Shown: positions 13,316 through 27,480, counted from the stretch's first letter. The stretch is 64,000 nt of DNA from Malacoraja senta (GCA_038087875.1 CM075988.1:8558001-8622000); one strand, 5' to 3'. Program-made: numbers and translations. The notes: generated by a model from the sequence alone, not told the origin.

Positions 13316-16267
13316 TCCCATACACACCTACTCAAAAAACAAACAATATTAGTGCAATAATAAAAATAATAATAATAATAAGTCTATTGTAGTTCAGAGC
13401 TAATTTGAGGTTGTTGTGTTTAGTAGCCTGATAGCTAGAATCATACATCACAGAAATAGGCTTTTGACCTAACTCGTCCATGCCGACCAAGTGCCCATTT
13501 ATCCACATTTGACCCATATCCTTGTAAATCTTTCCTATCTATATACCTGTCCAAATGTCCTTTAAATGTTGTCATTGCACCTGTCTCCCCAATTATCTAC
13601 TATCTTCTGAAATGTATTTTTCCAATCCGCTTTTGCCCAATCTACCAGCTACTTTTACAATTGTACTTTGAGTTGAAGACATATACGTTTCATATCGGTT
13701 TCTCGCTTAAACAAAAGATGACATTTAAGATGCAAGTTAAACAGAATAAGAGATATGTTATGATCGCTCTTGCCAAAAGAACCCTTTATTGTGGGGTAAA
13801 TAAATCCTGTTTCATTACACATGACTAGCTCCCTGGAACATAGAAACTATCCTGAAGTTCAAATTCAAGTTTATTATAATTTGCACGAGTATGGTAAGCT
13901 ACTGTTACTATTAAAAATCATCCTTGCAACAGCATCATAGATACATAGATTCTGACAAACACACAAAAACAGATTAGATATGCATTACACTTACAATTCT
14001 AAAAGAAAGAAGACTGTGCAAAAAAAACAACAAGACCTAAGCCTATAAACATAATTAGAAAATAAAAGTCCATAGTTGGGCAGCACAGTGACGCAGCAGT
14101 AGGGCTCCTGCCATACAACACCAGAGACCCAGGTTCCTCTTTTCTGCCTCATAATTCAGCAAATATATATATGAGCCTTGCGGTAGGACTGAAGCCCATT
14201 TTGTGTAGTTGCATTGCTACTGAAGTGAAAAAATATTTACAAGAACACACCTTTCACATTGAAGGTTGAAAGTTATACCACACCCTGGACACTGATGAAT
14301 GGATTTTTCTGTGCACAGGCCTGCTATTCGTTAGTACATGTGATTAGATGTGTAATATAGAGATCCAGTAAACTATTATGTAGGAAGGAACTGCAATTGC
14401 TGCTTTACACCGAAGATAGACACAAATTGCTGGACTAAGTCAGCGGGTCAGGCAGCATCACTGGCAAATAGGAATAGGTGACATTTTGGGTCAAAACCCT
14501 TTTTCAGACCAGGAGTCGGGGGGGAAGGGACACTAGAGCTGTGTAATCACTATATCCCTGTTTGCTGATGTACTCTTGTCTCTTCAGTGGTCTTGAATGT
14601 GACATTACACTCATGTACATATCTCTCAGGGATGCCTACTGGGCTTGACTGCCTTGTAAATAGCATTAAGCAGTGCTAAAGGTTAGGGCCAGGGTTGGGA
14701 TTAGTATCACACATCGTCTATTTGCTATGTCAGCATTAAAGTCAAGTTCAGGGTCATAGTATTTGCTTCTGTTTTCTGCAGGAGATTGTGTGAAATTGAA
14801 GTAAAGTTATTAAGAAATCGTTTAACGACAAATTCCACACGTACTTGACATGACAATAAGACTTGTAATAAAAAAGTGTCATTTTATAATCCCTTAAGTA
14901 TTAAATATTGTAATCCCTTAAGTATCCCTTAAAAATGTTAGGTTTCAAAGAGGACTCAAGATATATCTCACTCATTTTGCTCATGCACAATGATACCACT
15001 ACAACAAAAGATAATTCCCGATGAAACAAGCCATATGGTCCACCTTAGGACATCAATTCAAAGAAATCATAGAGTCCTGCCATTATAACATACAATTTAA
15101 AAAATAATAGTTCTGGTGCTTTTTATTCTACATCTCTAAGACAACCCCATGCCCTTGTTACAAAGAAGGACTTTGGTATGCAATCTTTGCTGTTTGAAGT
15201 TAACACAGTTTAGTTGTTAAGTGTTGTGTTTGATAGAGCAAATCTCCATCTGCTGTGATCCATGGGGACTCCACTGGTCACTAATTGCTGTTAGATGGAG
15301 CATTTAAGCACTTTCCAGCAAACAGGGAACAGTGTGATGATTATATGACAGCCAACATCAAACTTTATTCACCAACTAATCTTTTTCAAGGTTTGGCAGC
15401 GTACTAAAAGATGACTGTATCGCATCTTAAAAGCCGTAGCTTTGCAAATGACCCGATAGTAAAAACAGATCACTAGCTCCGTGCAATTCAGTCAATCCTA
15501 GTCGAGAAGCCTGAAACTGGTGCATGTAAAACTAATACAACATTCAAGAGTACTAGAGAGACACATACAGAGAACGACAGTGATTAGTGTACGTGAGTGA
15601 TTGTGTGATGTTCACCCCATCCCGTTTTAACAGCAGTGTTACCACTTGCAAGGTGGATATTCAGTTAACATTATGGACAGAGAAGTGCCTTGTCAGCACT
15701 TCATTGCTGGTGTAAATGGTGGGGGGGTGTTTCTTTGACGAACATGCTGCGGTAGAACTGAAGCAGAGTCCAATGGTGAAGTCATCAAAGATGGGCAGAC
15801 CCACTGCGTGGTGCTACTAGAGATATGGAAATGTTGGGCAAGGACAGCAGGACAGAACTAAATTACAGAGATAAAAAGATAGTTTATTCAACGGTTTATC
15901 TGATTTATTAAAGGGGAGTCAGAAAATTTCATTCAGGTTGTTAAATCAAAAGCCTCACTTCTCTGCACTTGAGTGGCAAGTTGGATATTGACTCCACTCC
16001 ATTTACACTGTGATGGCAGCTTGAAGTGCAACTACTTTTTTTCTGCATCGATTCCCCTGGTCCATCTCATCAGGAAATGTCTGCTCACCCCAGAGCAATA
16101 AGTGTCCCTGTGATATGAATGTACCCCTAGATATTCCTCTGACAATTGAAGAGGAAGCACACAACTGTGAGAGAATAGCTTGCTGGATTTCTCCTGATTC
16201 AGAAATTTGAATCACTTGTGATCCAGCGATGATATGATGGGTGGGGATGAAATATTTTGTTCACATC

Positions 16268-16690
16268 CACATAGTATAGTATAGTATAGTATTTTAATGA
16301 CCACACAGCCAAGCTGGTGGAATTTTTGGGTTGTCAGCAGCGATACAATAATAAAGAACACACAACCACAATAAAAAAAAATGTAACACAAACATCCACC
16401 ACAGCATTCAACACTGTGGTGGAAGGCACAAAAATTTGGCCAATCCTCCTCCATTTCCCCTCCGTGGACAGGACCAGAGTCCAGAGTCAGTCCAGGATCG
16501 GCTCTTCCTCACCGGAGACCGCGGCTTTAAGTTGTTGTAGGCCGCAGGTTTAAAGTCGGGATTTAAAGTCTCCGCCGCAGCCAGAAGCACCGTAGACTGC
16601 AGGGCCGGCGGTCGACGCTCCCCTGCAGGGGTGTTGGTAAGTCCATGCCGGCCCCGCGGTAGAAGTTGGCTGCGGGCCTGCAGTGATCCC
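16268..16690 (-). mobile_element. GC-rich non-autonomous retroposon, 3' part
   Basis: Shares the TGCCTTCCA-hairpin-GGATG module with 38221, 43861 and 45648. Ends in a (TATAC)n tail on the minus strand. Confidence 0.6.
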
Positions 16691-19292
16691 AGTTCATCAG
16701 TGCTCCTGACTCACGTTGACTGCCACCCTGCTGAATCTGAGGTATGAAAATATTTGTTTATTTCAGAGCAAACAAATATTACAGGTTAAAGTGGACGAAC
16801 TTAGAGCCGAGATTAGTGCAGGCAGTTACGATGTTGCGGCTCTTGGATGAGAGAAGGGCAGGACTGGCAGCTCAATATTCCAGGGTTTCACACGCAATAG
16901 AGAGGGATGTAAAACCCTTGCACGTGATAGAGAGCGATTGTGTAGTAGCTACATGGACAGCTTGGACAAACTTGGATTGTTTTCTTTAGAATGTCAGAGG
17001 CTGAGGGGTGAGAAGTATATAAAATATGAGAGGCAGCGATAGGGTCAGGTTAGGGTTAGGGTAGATAGTCAGAGTCTTTTTCCCAGGTGAAAATGTCTAA
17101 TATTACAGACTATAGATACATGGTGAGGGAGGGAGAGTTTAAAGGAGATTCGTGAGGCAAGTATTTTTACAGAGAGTGGTAGGTTCCTAGATCTCGCTGC
17201 TGGTGGGGGTGGTTACAATAGTAACATTTAACAAGCATTTAACCAGATACATGAACAGGCAGAGAATGGAGAGATATAGACCATGAGAAGCAGATGGAAT
17301 TAGTTGAAATTGATATTATAGTCAGCATAGACATCGTGGGCTGAAGGGCCTATTCCTGTGTTGTACTATGTTATGTTCTATGTACAAAACACTCCCAGCA
17401 GAGAAAGGTGCCCATATTCTTCATCATTAAATCAAGTATACTGCCGTACAATTCCTTCAGGAGCTACGAGAGAAACTCGAGCTAAAGCAATTTGATGCCA
17501 TGGCATTCATTTGCTTGTAATATTCATGTTAATGTTTTAGAAAGAGGTGGGGGAATGTCACACAATCACTCACACTAACAAAATTACACCCTGTAAATGC
17601 TAAGCTCTAAATATAAATTCTCTGAATAATAATGCCAGAGAATTGATTATTAATTCCGAGGCAAAGCGCCCAGCAAGGCTTCAAGTGAAACATTGCAACC
17701 GTATCAAAATTGTGACTAGGAATCAAAATTAGATAGTATGACGGGAAAAGGGGACATACAGGACAAAGAGGATTGAAGACATGAGTGTGGGGGAGGTGGG
17801 CTGAAAGTGGAACACGGCTTGGGAAGAGAGGCCCAGAGTGTGAGAACAAATGTCTCTTCAGATTAAAATTGCCAGGCATTTTAAGTCAAATTGAGTTTAA
17901 TGCCACATGCACAAGTATGGTGAGGTATACTTACTATGAAAAGCTTGCTTGCAGCAGCATGTCGGGCTTGTGGACTCAGGCAACACGTAAAGCAAAGCTA
18001 TTTGGACAGGTGCATGGGTCGGATAGGTTTAGAGGGATATGGGCCAAACGCACGCTGTTGGAACTAGTGGAGATGGGGCATCTTGGTCGGCATGGGCAAG
18101 TTGGGCCGAAGGGTCTGTTTCCATGCTGTGTGACTCTATGTCTAGCATAACATGTACTTAAATTAGACAAGCATGCAAATCAATACCCCCCTCCCCCCCC
18201 CATCACAATCTGTCTGAAGAAGGGACCCAACCCAAAACGTTCCATCAGGTGGCGCAGCGGTAGAGTTGCTGCCTCACAGCACCAGGGACCCGGGTTCGAT
18301 CCTGACTACGGGTGCTGTCTGTACAGAGTTGAATGAATTAATAAATACTTTATTGTCACATGTGACAAGTCAGTGAAATTCTTTGCTTGCATACCCAAGG
18401 TACGCAATAAGTCGCCACATAAAGCGCGCTAACAAAGTTACAAAGTATCCGTGCCGGGTCCTCCTTTGCTCCCCCCCTCCCTCATGATGGTCCCCCCACG
18501 CCGGGTCCACTTTTGTTCCTTCCCTCGGCAGAGGCGTCCATCCCCACTCCCATGTGGTACGTCCTCCTCCATCGGTCCACGCCATCATCAACCGACCCGC
18601 AGGGCTCCTCCGACCTGCAAAGCCCGGGCTCTGACCCACGAAACTCCGGTCTCAGAATTTGTACATTTTCCCTGTGACTGCATGAGTTTTCTCTGGGACT
18701 TCCAGTCTCCTCCCACATTCTAAAGGTTTGTAGGTTAATAGGCTTTGGTAAAATTGTAAATTGTCCCTCGTGCTGTATCTCACAACTAAACTAAACTAAA
18801 GGTCAATGGCCATCTTCACAGCACTCCCTGACTTTCCATTACAAAGTGGAAAGTGAAGTCAGATCCAGCTAAAGTCAAGGCAATGAAGGTGATGCCGAAC
18901 TTGATGGATGCTGCAGGCAATCAATGTTTTCTGTGGCTTATCAAGAACAGAAACAAATTCCTGTGCCATCGGTGTTAAACATGTGAGCCACTCACTGACC
19001 GAAAGTCATGTAGGGAGCAGTGCTGATTCAGTTCCTAAGAACGATTGATCGTAAATGTCAAGGAGCTGCAGCAGAGCTCATTTGATGACAAAAAGGAGGT
19101 ATTAGAGGACTATGAACCGAGATTTCAGCAAGGGAGAAATGACCTTGCAAGAGGATCAGCTAATAGCACATTTGTACTTGCCAGCTATGACAGACTCCGA
19201 GACACACGATGAATACATCAAGGCGTTGCTTGTTTTCATAACTGGTCTGAAGAAGCTACACCATATGGGATCACTGTACATATTCACAGTGA

Positions 19293-19611
19293 TCTTGACC
19301 CGCCCATTCCTTCTCACAAGAGATGCTGTGTCCTGCTGAGTTAAGGGCCTGTCCCACTTGGGCGTCATCTGCGCGTCATTTACGCGACATCATTTACGCG
19401 TCACGACGCATGGCGCGCGCATCATGACGCGCATGTGATGCGCGCATGGTGCGTATTACACGCGCATGGTGCGTGGTGACATAGGCAGTGACGCGCGGTT
19501 GCGCGCGGCGCCCCAGGATTTTGGAATGTACAAAATCTTTGCGTGCCATCTGCGTGACGCGCAAATAACGCCCAAGTGGGACAGGCCATTTACTCCAGCA
19601 TTTTGTGTCTT
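19293..19611 (+). mobile_element. pLTR fragment with 12-bp TSD
   Basis: TATTCACAGTGA at 19281-19292 and 19612-19623 flanks pLTR sequence. Confidence 0.8.
19344..19589. mobile_element. PIF/Harbinger-type MITE (246 bp)
   Basis: Terminal inverted repeats AGGGCCTGTCCCACTTGGGCGT / ACGCCCAAGTGGGACAGGCCAT. TTA duplicated at 19341-19343 and 19590-19592. CpG-rich ACGCGCA internal repeats. Confidence 0.85.
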
Positions 19612-20884
19612 TATTCACAGTGACTGCACCCCACTTGTGATCAATGGTCTAAAGAACCTCCATGAACCGTCAAAGATGTTGCAAAGAATGTTTGCGAGGA
19701 CGTGACATGCCATATAATGGTTTGGTACGAGCTGAGTTAATACATGCATGTACCTGACATGTATATCTGAGCATCACTTTCCATGGAGTACTAGAAACTC
19801 AGAGAGTGCTGCCTAGATGGCCAGTGAACTGTTGGAAATGGCTGAATCCAAACCCTATCTGTGCATCCCAGCCTGCTATGTCCTAATCCATGGAGAGAAT
19901 CATGAGTTCACAAGTAGAGCTCCACTCCTGGAAAGTTAAATAAAGATGCTAGAACCAGATGTCTAAAGATTATCATAGGTCCACAGGAGACAACCAAAAG
20001 AAGGCAGTCACTGACCAAAGATCACAAGATCATTCTTTTTATCTACCTCAATGGAGCACCAAAGAGGAGATACAGTATGAATGATGCCCACATCAGATTG
20101 ACATCAAATGTAACTGTGGTAATCCAATGCAGATAGTAAAAGATTATGGAAGGTAGACACAAAAGGATAGAGTGACTCAGCAGATCAGGCAGCATCTCTG
20201 CAGAAAAGGAATAGGTGACGTTTCCGGTCGAGACCCTTATAAGATCACTATTCAGGAGGTGCAACCTCGTAATGTCCATTTTTTTAAATAAAAGCAAAAT
20301 AAACTTTATTCAGAGTGATAAAATATAAAAAACTGGTACTGTGTAAAAATTCACCTGACATTCTCGGAGGCTATACTATTCAATGCGTTGTGATGTAGTG
20401 TTTTGCAATTCAAAATAAACTTTATTCGGTGTAAAAAGATGGAGTTTGTTTGACTGCTGATGGAGTTAATGGAGGCTACATCCCTTCACTGCCAAGTGTG
20501 GACTCCACAACTACACAATAGGCCCAGGGAAACCTATAGCCAGTTAGGATTAGACATGTCAATCTAAATATTGTGAGGACTTTGTGCCAAAATATTGTCC
20601 TGCTCCTTTCTTTCATTATTAAAGAAGGTGTAACATGTCTGTCAGCTGCAATATCAGTCAGCAGGAATAATTACTCCCTCAATGCTGTCCCTACCTTTAA
20701 AATATTTTCCTGTGATTAACAGTGACAATTGTTGCTTCAGGGCTCGGTGACGAAGAATCCAAAAGGAGATTGTTTCAAAAGAAAACAAACTGTAAGGGCG
20801 GCAGCTGGCGCTACATGAATAGTACGTTTGTTGATTGATTCAGTCACTGTTTCCAGTACTGTGGCAAGAGGCCTGGATGGGTTT

Positions 20885-21272
20885 CAATCTTATAGAGGTG
20901 TATAAAATCACGAGGGGATAATAGATCGGGTAGAGGCACCGAGTCTCTCGCCCAGAGTAGATGAATCGAGGACCAGAGGACCAAGGTTTAATGTGAAGGG
21001 GAAAAGATTGAATGGGAATCTGAGGGGTGACCTTTTCACACAACGGGTGGTGGGTGTATGGAACAAGCTGCCAGAGGAGGTAGTTAAGGCTGGGACTATC
21101 CCAACATTTAAGAATCGGTTAGAGAGGTACATGGATAGGACAGATTTTGATGGATATGGACCAAACACAGGCAGGTGGGACTAGTGTAGATGGGACATGT
21201 TGGTCGGTGTGGGAAAGTTGGGCCAAAGGGCCTGTTTCCATACTGTATCACTCTATGATTCTATGACTATGA
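20885..21272 (+). mobile_element. CR1-clade LINE 3' fragment
   Basis: ORF 20993..21184 contains FTQRVVGVWNKLPEEVV...FKNRLERYMD, followed by GGGCCTGTTTCC and a (CTATGA) tail. Confidence 0.85.
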
Positions 21273-21596
21273 TAGAGTGAATGCGGAGAGGATGTTTCCA
21301 CTAGTGGTTCTAAGACCATAGGGCATATCCTCAGAATAAAAGGATGGTCCATTAGAAAGGAGATGAGAAGGAATTTATTCAGTCAAAGTGTGGTGAACCT
21401 GTGAAATTCATTGCCACAGATGGTTATGGCCAATGGATATTTTTAAGGCGGAGATTGACACATTCTTGATTAGTAAGGATGTCAGGGGCTATGGGGCGAA
21501 GACAGGAGAATGGGGTTGAGAGGGAAAGATAGATCAGCCATGATTGAATGGTGGAGTTGACTTCATGTCCTCATTCTGTTCCGAGAACCTATGAAC

Positions 21597-22052
21597 TTTT
21601 ACTTTAAACCAACCCCCACCAACCATTTGCAGTGCTTTTACTTCAAACCAACCACATTTTCATTTTCAAACCACATTAAGGGCACTCAAGGTCAGTAAAA
21701 CCACACTCACAGTTTAGTAGACATGTGTTCTGTGTTATTCACAGCTCAGACTGAGGGACGTGACCCTCTCACTTCCTCCATCTTGCAGAGACTGACTGAG
21801 GCACAACACTTCCGGGTTTTATAGTCCCTCCCCCCTCCCACGAGCAGGGGCAGCAGAGAAAATCTCAACATTTTAAAAACATTAATAACACTTTTATTTT
21901 TCATCGATGGGAAAAATCCTCTTGTCCTGCGCAGCGGAGGGGGACTCTGAGTAAGATGGCCAAATATCACAGCTGTAAGTGGCATCGTTTTTTCTAAAAT
22001 CATGAAACAGAAAAACAGGAAGTGGTCAAGATCAGACTTTTAGTAATATAGA
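21597..22052 (-). mobile_element. Helitron-like non-autonomous element, 5' portion
   Basis: Minus strand begins A^TCTATATTACTAAAAGTCTG, the TC-start, AT-rich 5' end typical of animal non-autonomous Helitrons. No 3' hairpin or CTAG found. Confidence 0.45.
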
Positions 22053-22127
22053 TAAATGGGTGATTGCTGGTCGGTTTGGACTGAGAGGGCCGAAGGGCCT
22101 GGTTCCGTTCAATCAATCAATCAATCA

Positions 22128-22457
22128 GTTTAGTTTGCTTTAGTTTCGAGATACAGCATAGAAAAAGGCCCTTCAGCCCATCGAGTTCACACCGACCAGC
22201 GATCACCCGTACACCTGATCTATACTACACACCAAGCTTCGCGCCAACCGGCGATCACCCTTTCTACCCTACACAATAGGGACAATTTACTGAGGCTAAT
22301 TAACCTACACGTCTTTGGAATGTGGGAGGAATCCGTAACACCAGGAGGAAACCCACGCGGTCACAGGCAGAACATACAAACTCCTACAGGCAGCACCCGT
22401 AGTCAGGATCGAACCCGGGTCACTGGCGCTGTAAGCAACTCTACCGCTGTACCACCC
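22128..22457 (-). mobile_element. HE1-like tRNA-derived V-SINE
   Basis: B box GGTTCGATCC and V-domain-like segment on the minus strand, with a CR1-type tail. Confidence 0.8.
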
Positions 22458-24699
22458 TAATCAAACTGAAGAAGGGTCCTGACCCAAAATGTCGACTGTC
22501 CATTCCCTCCACAGATGCTGCCTGACCCGCTACATTCCTCCAGCACATTGAGTTTTGCTCAAGATTCCAGCATCTGCAGTTAGCCAATTAACCTACCCAC
22601 CAGTACATCCGTGGGATGAGGTAGTAACTGGAGCACCTGGAGGAATCCCATACGGTCCACTGGGAGAATGTACAAAGTTCACACGCACACCGCCTGAAGT
22701 CGGGATTGAACCGGGTTGCTGGAGCATACAGGCAGCAGCTCCACAAGCTGTGACACTTGCTGCACCGGGGATAAAGCAGGGTGAGCTGCATGGTCAGAAT
22801 GGAGGGCAATGAAACAATTCAATCGCTCAGTGACAAAGGCACAAACGAAAGCTCAACAGCTGAAAGAGACAGGAATGTTCAGTGCAGGGAATGGAGTAGG
22901 CAGATGTACCCCCACTCTTTTCTGTGTACCACCTGGATTTGCACTCATTTCATCCCCTTCCCCCTTCCTCTGTGCCCTTCCACCTATAGTCTGTCCTCTG
23001 GCTTCACATTTTGCACCTCTTCTATCCCTATCTCACACTATTTGTCTCTTCATTGCAGGCCTTTGTCCAACCATCTACCCATCAAAAGCACTCCCTCATG
23101 CACCCATCACTTGTCTGGCATTGTCAAGTTCCCACCTCTCTTCCAGCTTTCTCATCCCCCCCACACCCCACCACCACCCTGCCTCCCCCTCTACCACTAT
23201 TTGTCTAAAGAAGGGTCGCGACCCATAAAGTCACCTATCCATCTTCTCCAGAGGTGCTGCCTGTCCAGTTGAGTTACTCCAGCGTGTTGCATCTTTATTT
23301 TTCATAAACTAGCATCTGCAGTTCCTCGTGTCTCCATTTATCACTCATAACATTGTTCGGCACACACATTGTGGGCCAAAGGGCCTGCTCCTGTGCTGTA
23401 CTTTTCTGTACTCTATGTTCTGTGTTGCAAAAAGCAGATGTGGATAACTGTGACCACGTGGCTTGGGACTAGTGGAACAACCAAGATGATATGTAGCTGT
23501 TCAAGGCTCCTCAATACTGGTGCCCGAGGGCAAGTGGTCATCAGAGATGGCACTTGACCTGTGACCTATTCAACCTAGTGTAGTTTAATGCTGACACAGA
23601 ACAAAAAGTGGCAATTACTTACACTCACTTAGAGCTTTAAACATTACCACATGGGACGGCTCACATCGTTTAGGTGTGGTTCAGATAAGCTGAATACTGC
23701 TTGCCAAATCTTTGATATGTTAATAATGAATACATAATGTTAGATTTATCCTCTCTTGTGCAGTATTGATATAACTAAATCAACTGCTCCCTATTCTGTT
23801 TGAACAATCGCCATTAACATGTTATGCGCCAACTTTTCAAATATTGAAGATTACTCTGTTATTCTCTTTTGTGCACATATCAAAGTTCAGGGATGGTAGT
23901 GCCTTGTATTCAAAGAATTAGAAACCCCCAGGATCTGTCAGACTCTGAGCTCGTTGTTATTCACTAACACACAGACTGAATATTGCTGCGGTGCAACTCA
24001 CATAAAATCAGCATCGGATTAAGAAAAATATCGATATTTTCAAGAGATTTTACATTGAATCTCCTTTCTCTCATTTATTAATATTATTATTCCTTCCCGG
24101 TCGCAGATTTTATTTGATCCTGCACAGAAAACATTGTGAGTGTAACTTGTTAAGTTTGGCGTTGTTTGTGTGCGGATATGGAGGTTAGATGTTTATTGTT
24201 ACGGGGGTGTAGGGAGCTATGGGTTAAAGTTGAAGCAGATAGTGCACTTACGCAACTGCCTAAGAATTGAGTAGGAAGGAACTGCAGAGGCTGGTTTACA
24301 CCAAAGATGGACACTCAGAAACTCAGTGGGACAGTCAGCATCTCGGGTGAGAAGGAATGGGTGACCTTTTGGGACGAGACCCTTCTTCAGACTGAAGATT
24401 CAGAGAGGGGGAAACTAGAGATACAGAAAGGTACAAAGAGAATGTAAGGTCTGAAAATGACCGTTCAAAGCAGACGATGATCAAGGAGATGCAGAATGGC
24501 GAGTCCGGGTTAAAACATGGTTGTAGAGCTGGAGAGCAGGAGGAATCACAGAGGGGGAGCACGTTTCCATAGCTCTAGTTTCTCTCTCCCCTGACTCTCA
24601 GTCTGAAGAAGGGTCTTGACTCAAAACGTCACCCATTCCTTCTCTCCAGAGATGCTGCCTGTCCGGCTGCGTTACTTCAGCATTTTGTGTCTGCTCAGG

Positions 24700-24980
24700 A
24701 ATTGGATTGTGCAGCACTGCATGGACTTTACAAAGCAGGGTGGAGTACACATCCCAGTGCCGATCAATGGTGCTGAAGTGGACTTGGTTGAAAGCATCAA
24801 GTTCTAAGTGTAAATATCAGCAACAATTTATTCTGGACCAACCACGTTGATGTTACATCCAAGAAAACACACCAGTGCTCTACTTGCTCAGAAGGCTAAC
24901 AAAATTTTGCATGTTGCCAATGACGCAATAACTTCTTCAGATGCACCATTGGAAGTATCCTATCTGAATGCATCATTGTT
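24700..24980 (+). mobile_element. Rex1/Babar-like LINE RT fragment
   Basis: HIPVPINGAEVDLVESIKF, then (frameshifted) NISNNLFWTNHVDVTSKK, matching the post-RT pattern I.G..VE.V.SFKFLGV.I...L.W..H.....KK. Confidence 0.65.
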
Positions 24981-26175
24981 GGGTATTTTCACACAGAGAG
25001 TTGTGAGTCTGTGGAATTCTCTGCCTCAGAGGGCGGTGGAGGCCGGTTCTCTGGATACTTTCAAGAGAGAGCTAGATAGGGCTCTTAAAGATAGCGACGT
25101 CAGGGGATATGGGGAGAAGGCAGGAACAGGGTACTGATTGGGGATGATCAGCCATGATCACGTTGAATGGCGGTGCTGGCTCGAAGGGCCGAATGGCCTA
25201 CTCCTGCACCTATTGTCTATTGTATACTAACACTATCCTAAACACTAGGGATAATTTTACAACTTGCCAAAGGCAATTAACCTACAAATATGTACGTCTT
25301 TGGAATGTGGAAGGAAACCTGAGCACCCAGAGAAAGCCCACGTGGTTACGGGACGAATGTATAAACTCCATACAGGCAGCACCCATTGTCAGGATTGAAC
25401 CCGGGTCTCTGGCAGCAACATTACCGTTGCGCCACTGTCATACAGCACAGAAACAGGTCCTTTGGCCCAACTCCCTCATGCCATCCCATCCAAGCTATTT
25501 CCATGTGCCTGCGTTTGGCTGATAACTCTGTAAACGTTTCCACATATCTAAAACTGATTGGGGATGATCAGCCATGATCACATTGAATGGTGGTGCTGGC
25601 TCGAAGGGACGATTGGCCTACTGCACCTATTGTCTATAGTCTATTGAAACTATTCCGCTCAGAAACATCACATTCATCATAAAGCCCAAGACAGTCAACA
25701 ATCATTGAAGAAAGATTTGTGGGTGAATTTTACATACATTTCAGGAGAGAAGTAAATAGAAATAAAGGAGAATTAATTGAGATCAATATATATTTCCAAC
25801 TAATTACTGAGTCACAGAATATTACGGAGGTAAATAATAGGGCACCAGGCATTAGTGTAGTTATAATTTCACTATTATTCATCCTGAGTTTAATAATTTT
25901 TCCCATGATGCAGAGTATGGCTATGCTGGAGGTCACTTACCTGTCAGTAAAATGTAATTATGTTTACTTGCACCATTTGCATGAAGATTGCAAGCTTGGG
26001 CATTTACTGTCCTGCAACTGTCCTGTTCTGTTTTTTTAAATTTAATGCTAGCAATGGCCAGCATTGTACAAGATCACGAGAGGAATAGATCGGGTAGACG
26101 CACAGAATCTCTTGCCCATATATTGGTATACGTCATGACATAATACATTTATCATAGTCAATTAGTCATAGAGTC

Positions 26176-26758
26176 TGTTAGGCGCTTCCCCCCCTGGTGA
26201 ATGCTATGTACTTACCTTTCTCTGTTTCTCGCCCGAGTGCAGGCCTTGTGGCTGTGAGTCTGGAATCAAGGGGTTAAAAGGCTCCTGTACCTGATTGGCC
26301 AAGCTGCATCAGGTGACGGGTGACTCATCTGAAGCTTAAATACCAGAGTCTCCCAGGATTCTCTCTCTTCTTCGTCGACCCTGACTTGTGAGCTGACTGC
26401 TGGAGTGAGCTGCGGAAGGCCTGGCCACCTGGCATAGAACTTTGTGTACTTTCACCATTACTTATTAACAAATATTGAATTGGGACGGATAAGGGCTGAC
26501 CTTAGTGTTTTCGTGTATTTTGTTTCAGGGTTATATCTCTTTAGGCAGGTTTTAGAGTCTCCGGTTCGACGGTCCATCACGTGGCTGGCTGGAGCACTGT
26601 TAAAGTGTTTGTTAGTCCATCCATATCCCTGACTGGGTTGTTTGAATCAGGTTTGGGTTTTGTGTTCCATTGAATAATTAAAACTACTTTTGAACTTGAA
26701 CCTGTTTTTTGAATTATGTTACGCGGCTCTGAAGTACCTGCATTCGGGAGTCATAACA
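26176..26758 (+). repeat. 5' LTR (LTR1, 583 bp)
   Basis: TGTTAGGCGC...TCATAACA, followed by the PBS. Confidence 0.95.
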
Positions 26759-26761
26759 AAA

Positions 26762-26779
26762 TGGGGACTCGTCCGGGAT
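26762..26779 (+). promoter_or_regulatory. Primer-binding site, tRNA-Pro
   Basis: TGGGGACTCGTCCGGGAT matches the canonical tRNA-Pro PBS TGGGGGCTCGTCCGGGAT at 17/18 positions, 3 nt after the LTR. Confidence 0.9.
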
Positions 26780-27030
26780 TTTGAGGACCCTAGACATTTT
26801 GGTTTTTTTTTTTTGGTAGGCTTCTGGTGACTGAGGAAGTCTGTGTTGTGAGGGAAATTTTTCTTGCCTGTTTGTGGTAGCATTGGAGGACAGGCATATC
26901 CATGGCAAGGATAATGTCTTGGCTGATGCCTTGTCGCGCCAGTAGAGTTTTAGCTCCTGAATAGTTTCTGGGATTTGGTGGTGTTTTTTCTCTCTTCTTC
27001 CAAAACTTATTCAGTATCTTTGGGTGGGGG

Positions 27031-27480
27031 TGTTAGGCGCTTTCCCCCCTGGTGAATGCTATGTATTTACCTTTCTCTGTTTCTCTCCCGAGTGCAGGCC
27101 TTGTGGCTGTGAGTCTGGAATCAAGGGGTTAAAAGGCTCCTGTACCCGATTGGCCAAGCTGCATCAGGTGACGGGTGACTCATCTGAAGCTTAAATACCA
27201 GAGTCTCCCAGGATTATCGCTTTTCTTCGTCGACCCTGACTTGTGAGCTGACTGCTGGAGTGAGCTGCGGAAGGCCTGGCCACATGGCATAGAACTTTGT
27301 GTACTTTCACCATTACTTATTAACAAATATTGAATTGAGACGGATAAGGGCTGACCTTAGTGTTTTCGTGTATTTTGTTTCAGGGTTATATCTCTTTAGG
27401 CAGGTTTTAGAGTCTCCGGTTCGACGGTCCATCACGTGGCTGGCTGGAGCACTGTTAAATTGTTTGTTAGTCCATCCATA
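27031..27480 (+). repeat. Internal 3'-truncated LTR (LTR2)
   Basis: Preceded by polypurine tract GGGTGGGGG. Matches LTR1 up to TCCATCCATA, then switches abruptly to gag-region sequence. Confidence 0.93.

Larger units (their letters stand above)
18840..19760 (+). pseudogene. Ancient decayed Gypsy pol (RT thumb/connection and RNase H)
   Basis: VKSDPAKVKAMKVMP...FLWLIK...KFL...CEPL, then LQEDQLIAH...MTDSET...IKALLVFITGLKKLH, then HSDCTPL...MLQRMFAR. These resemble Gypsy motifs DPxKVxAIxxMP, LQxxxPIA, EKELLA, SDHKPL and LQRM in the right order. Confidence 0.7.
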
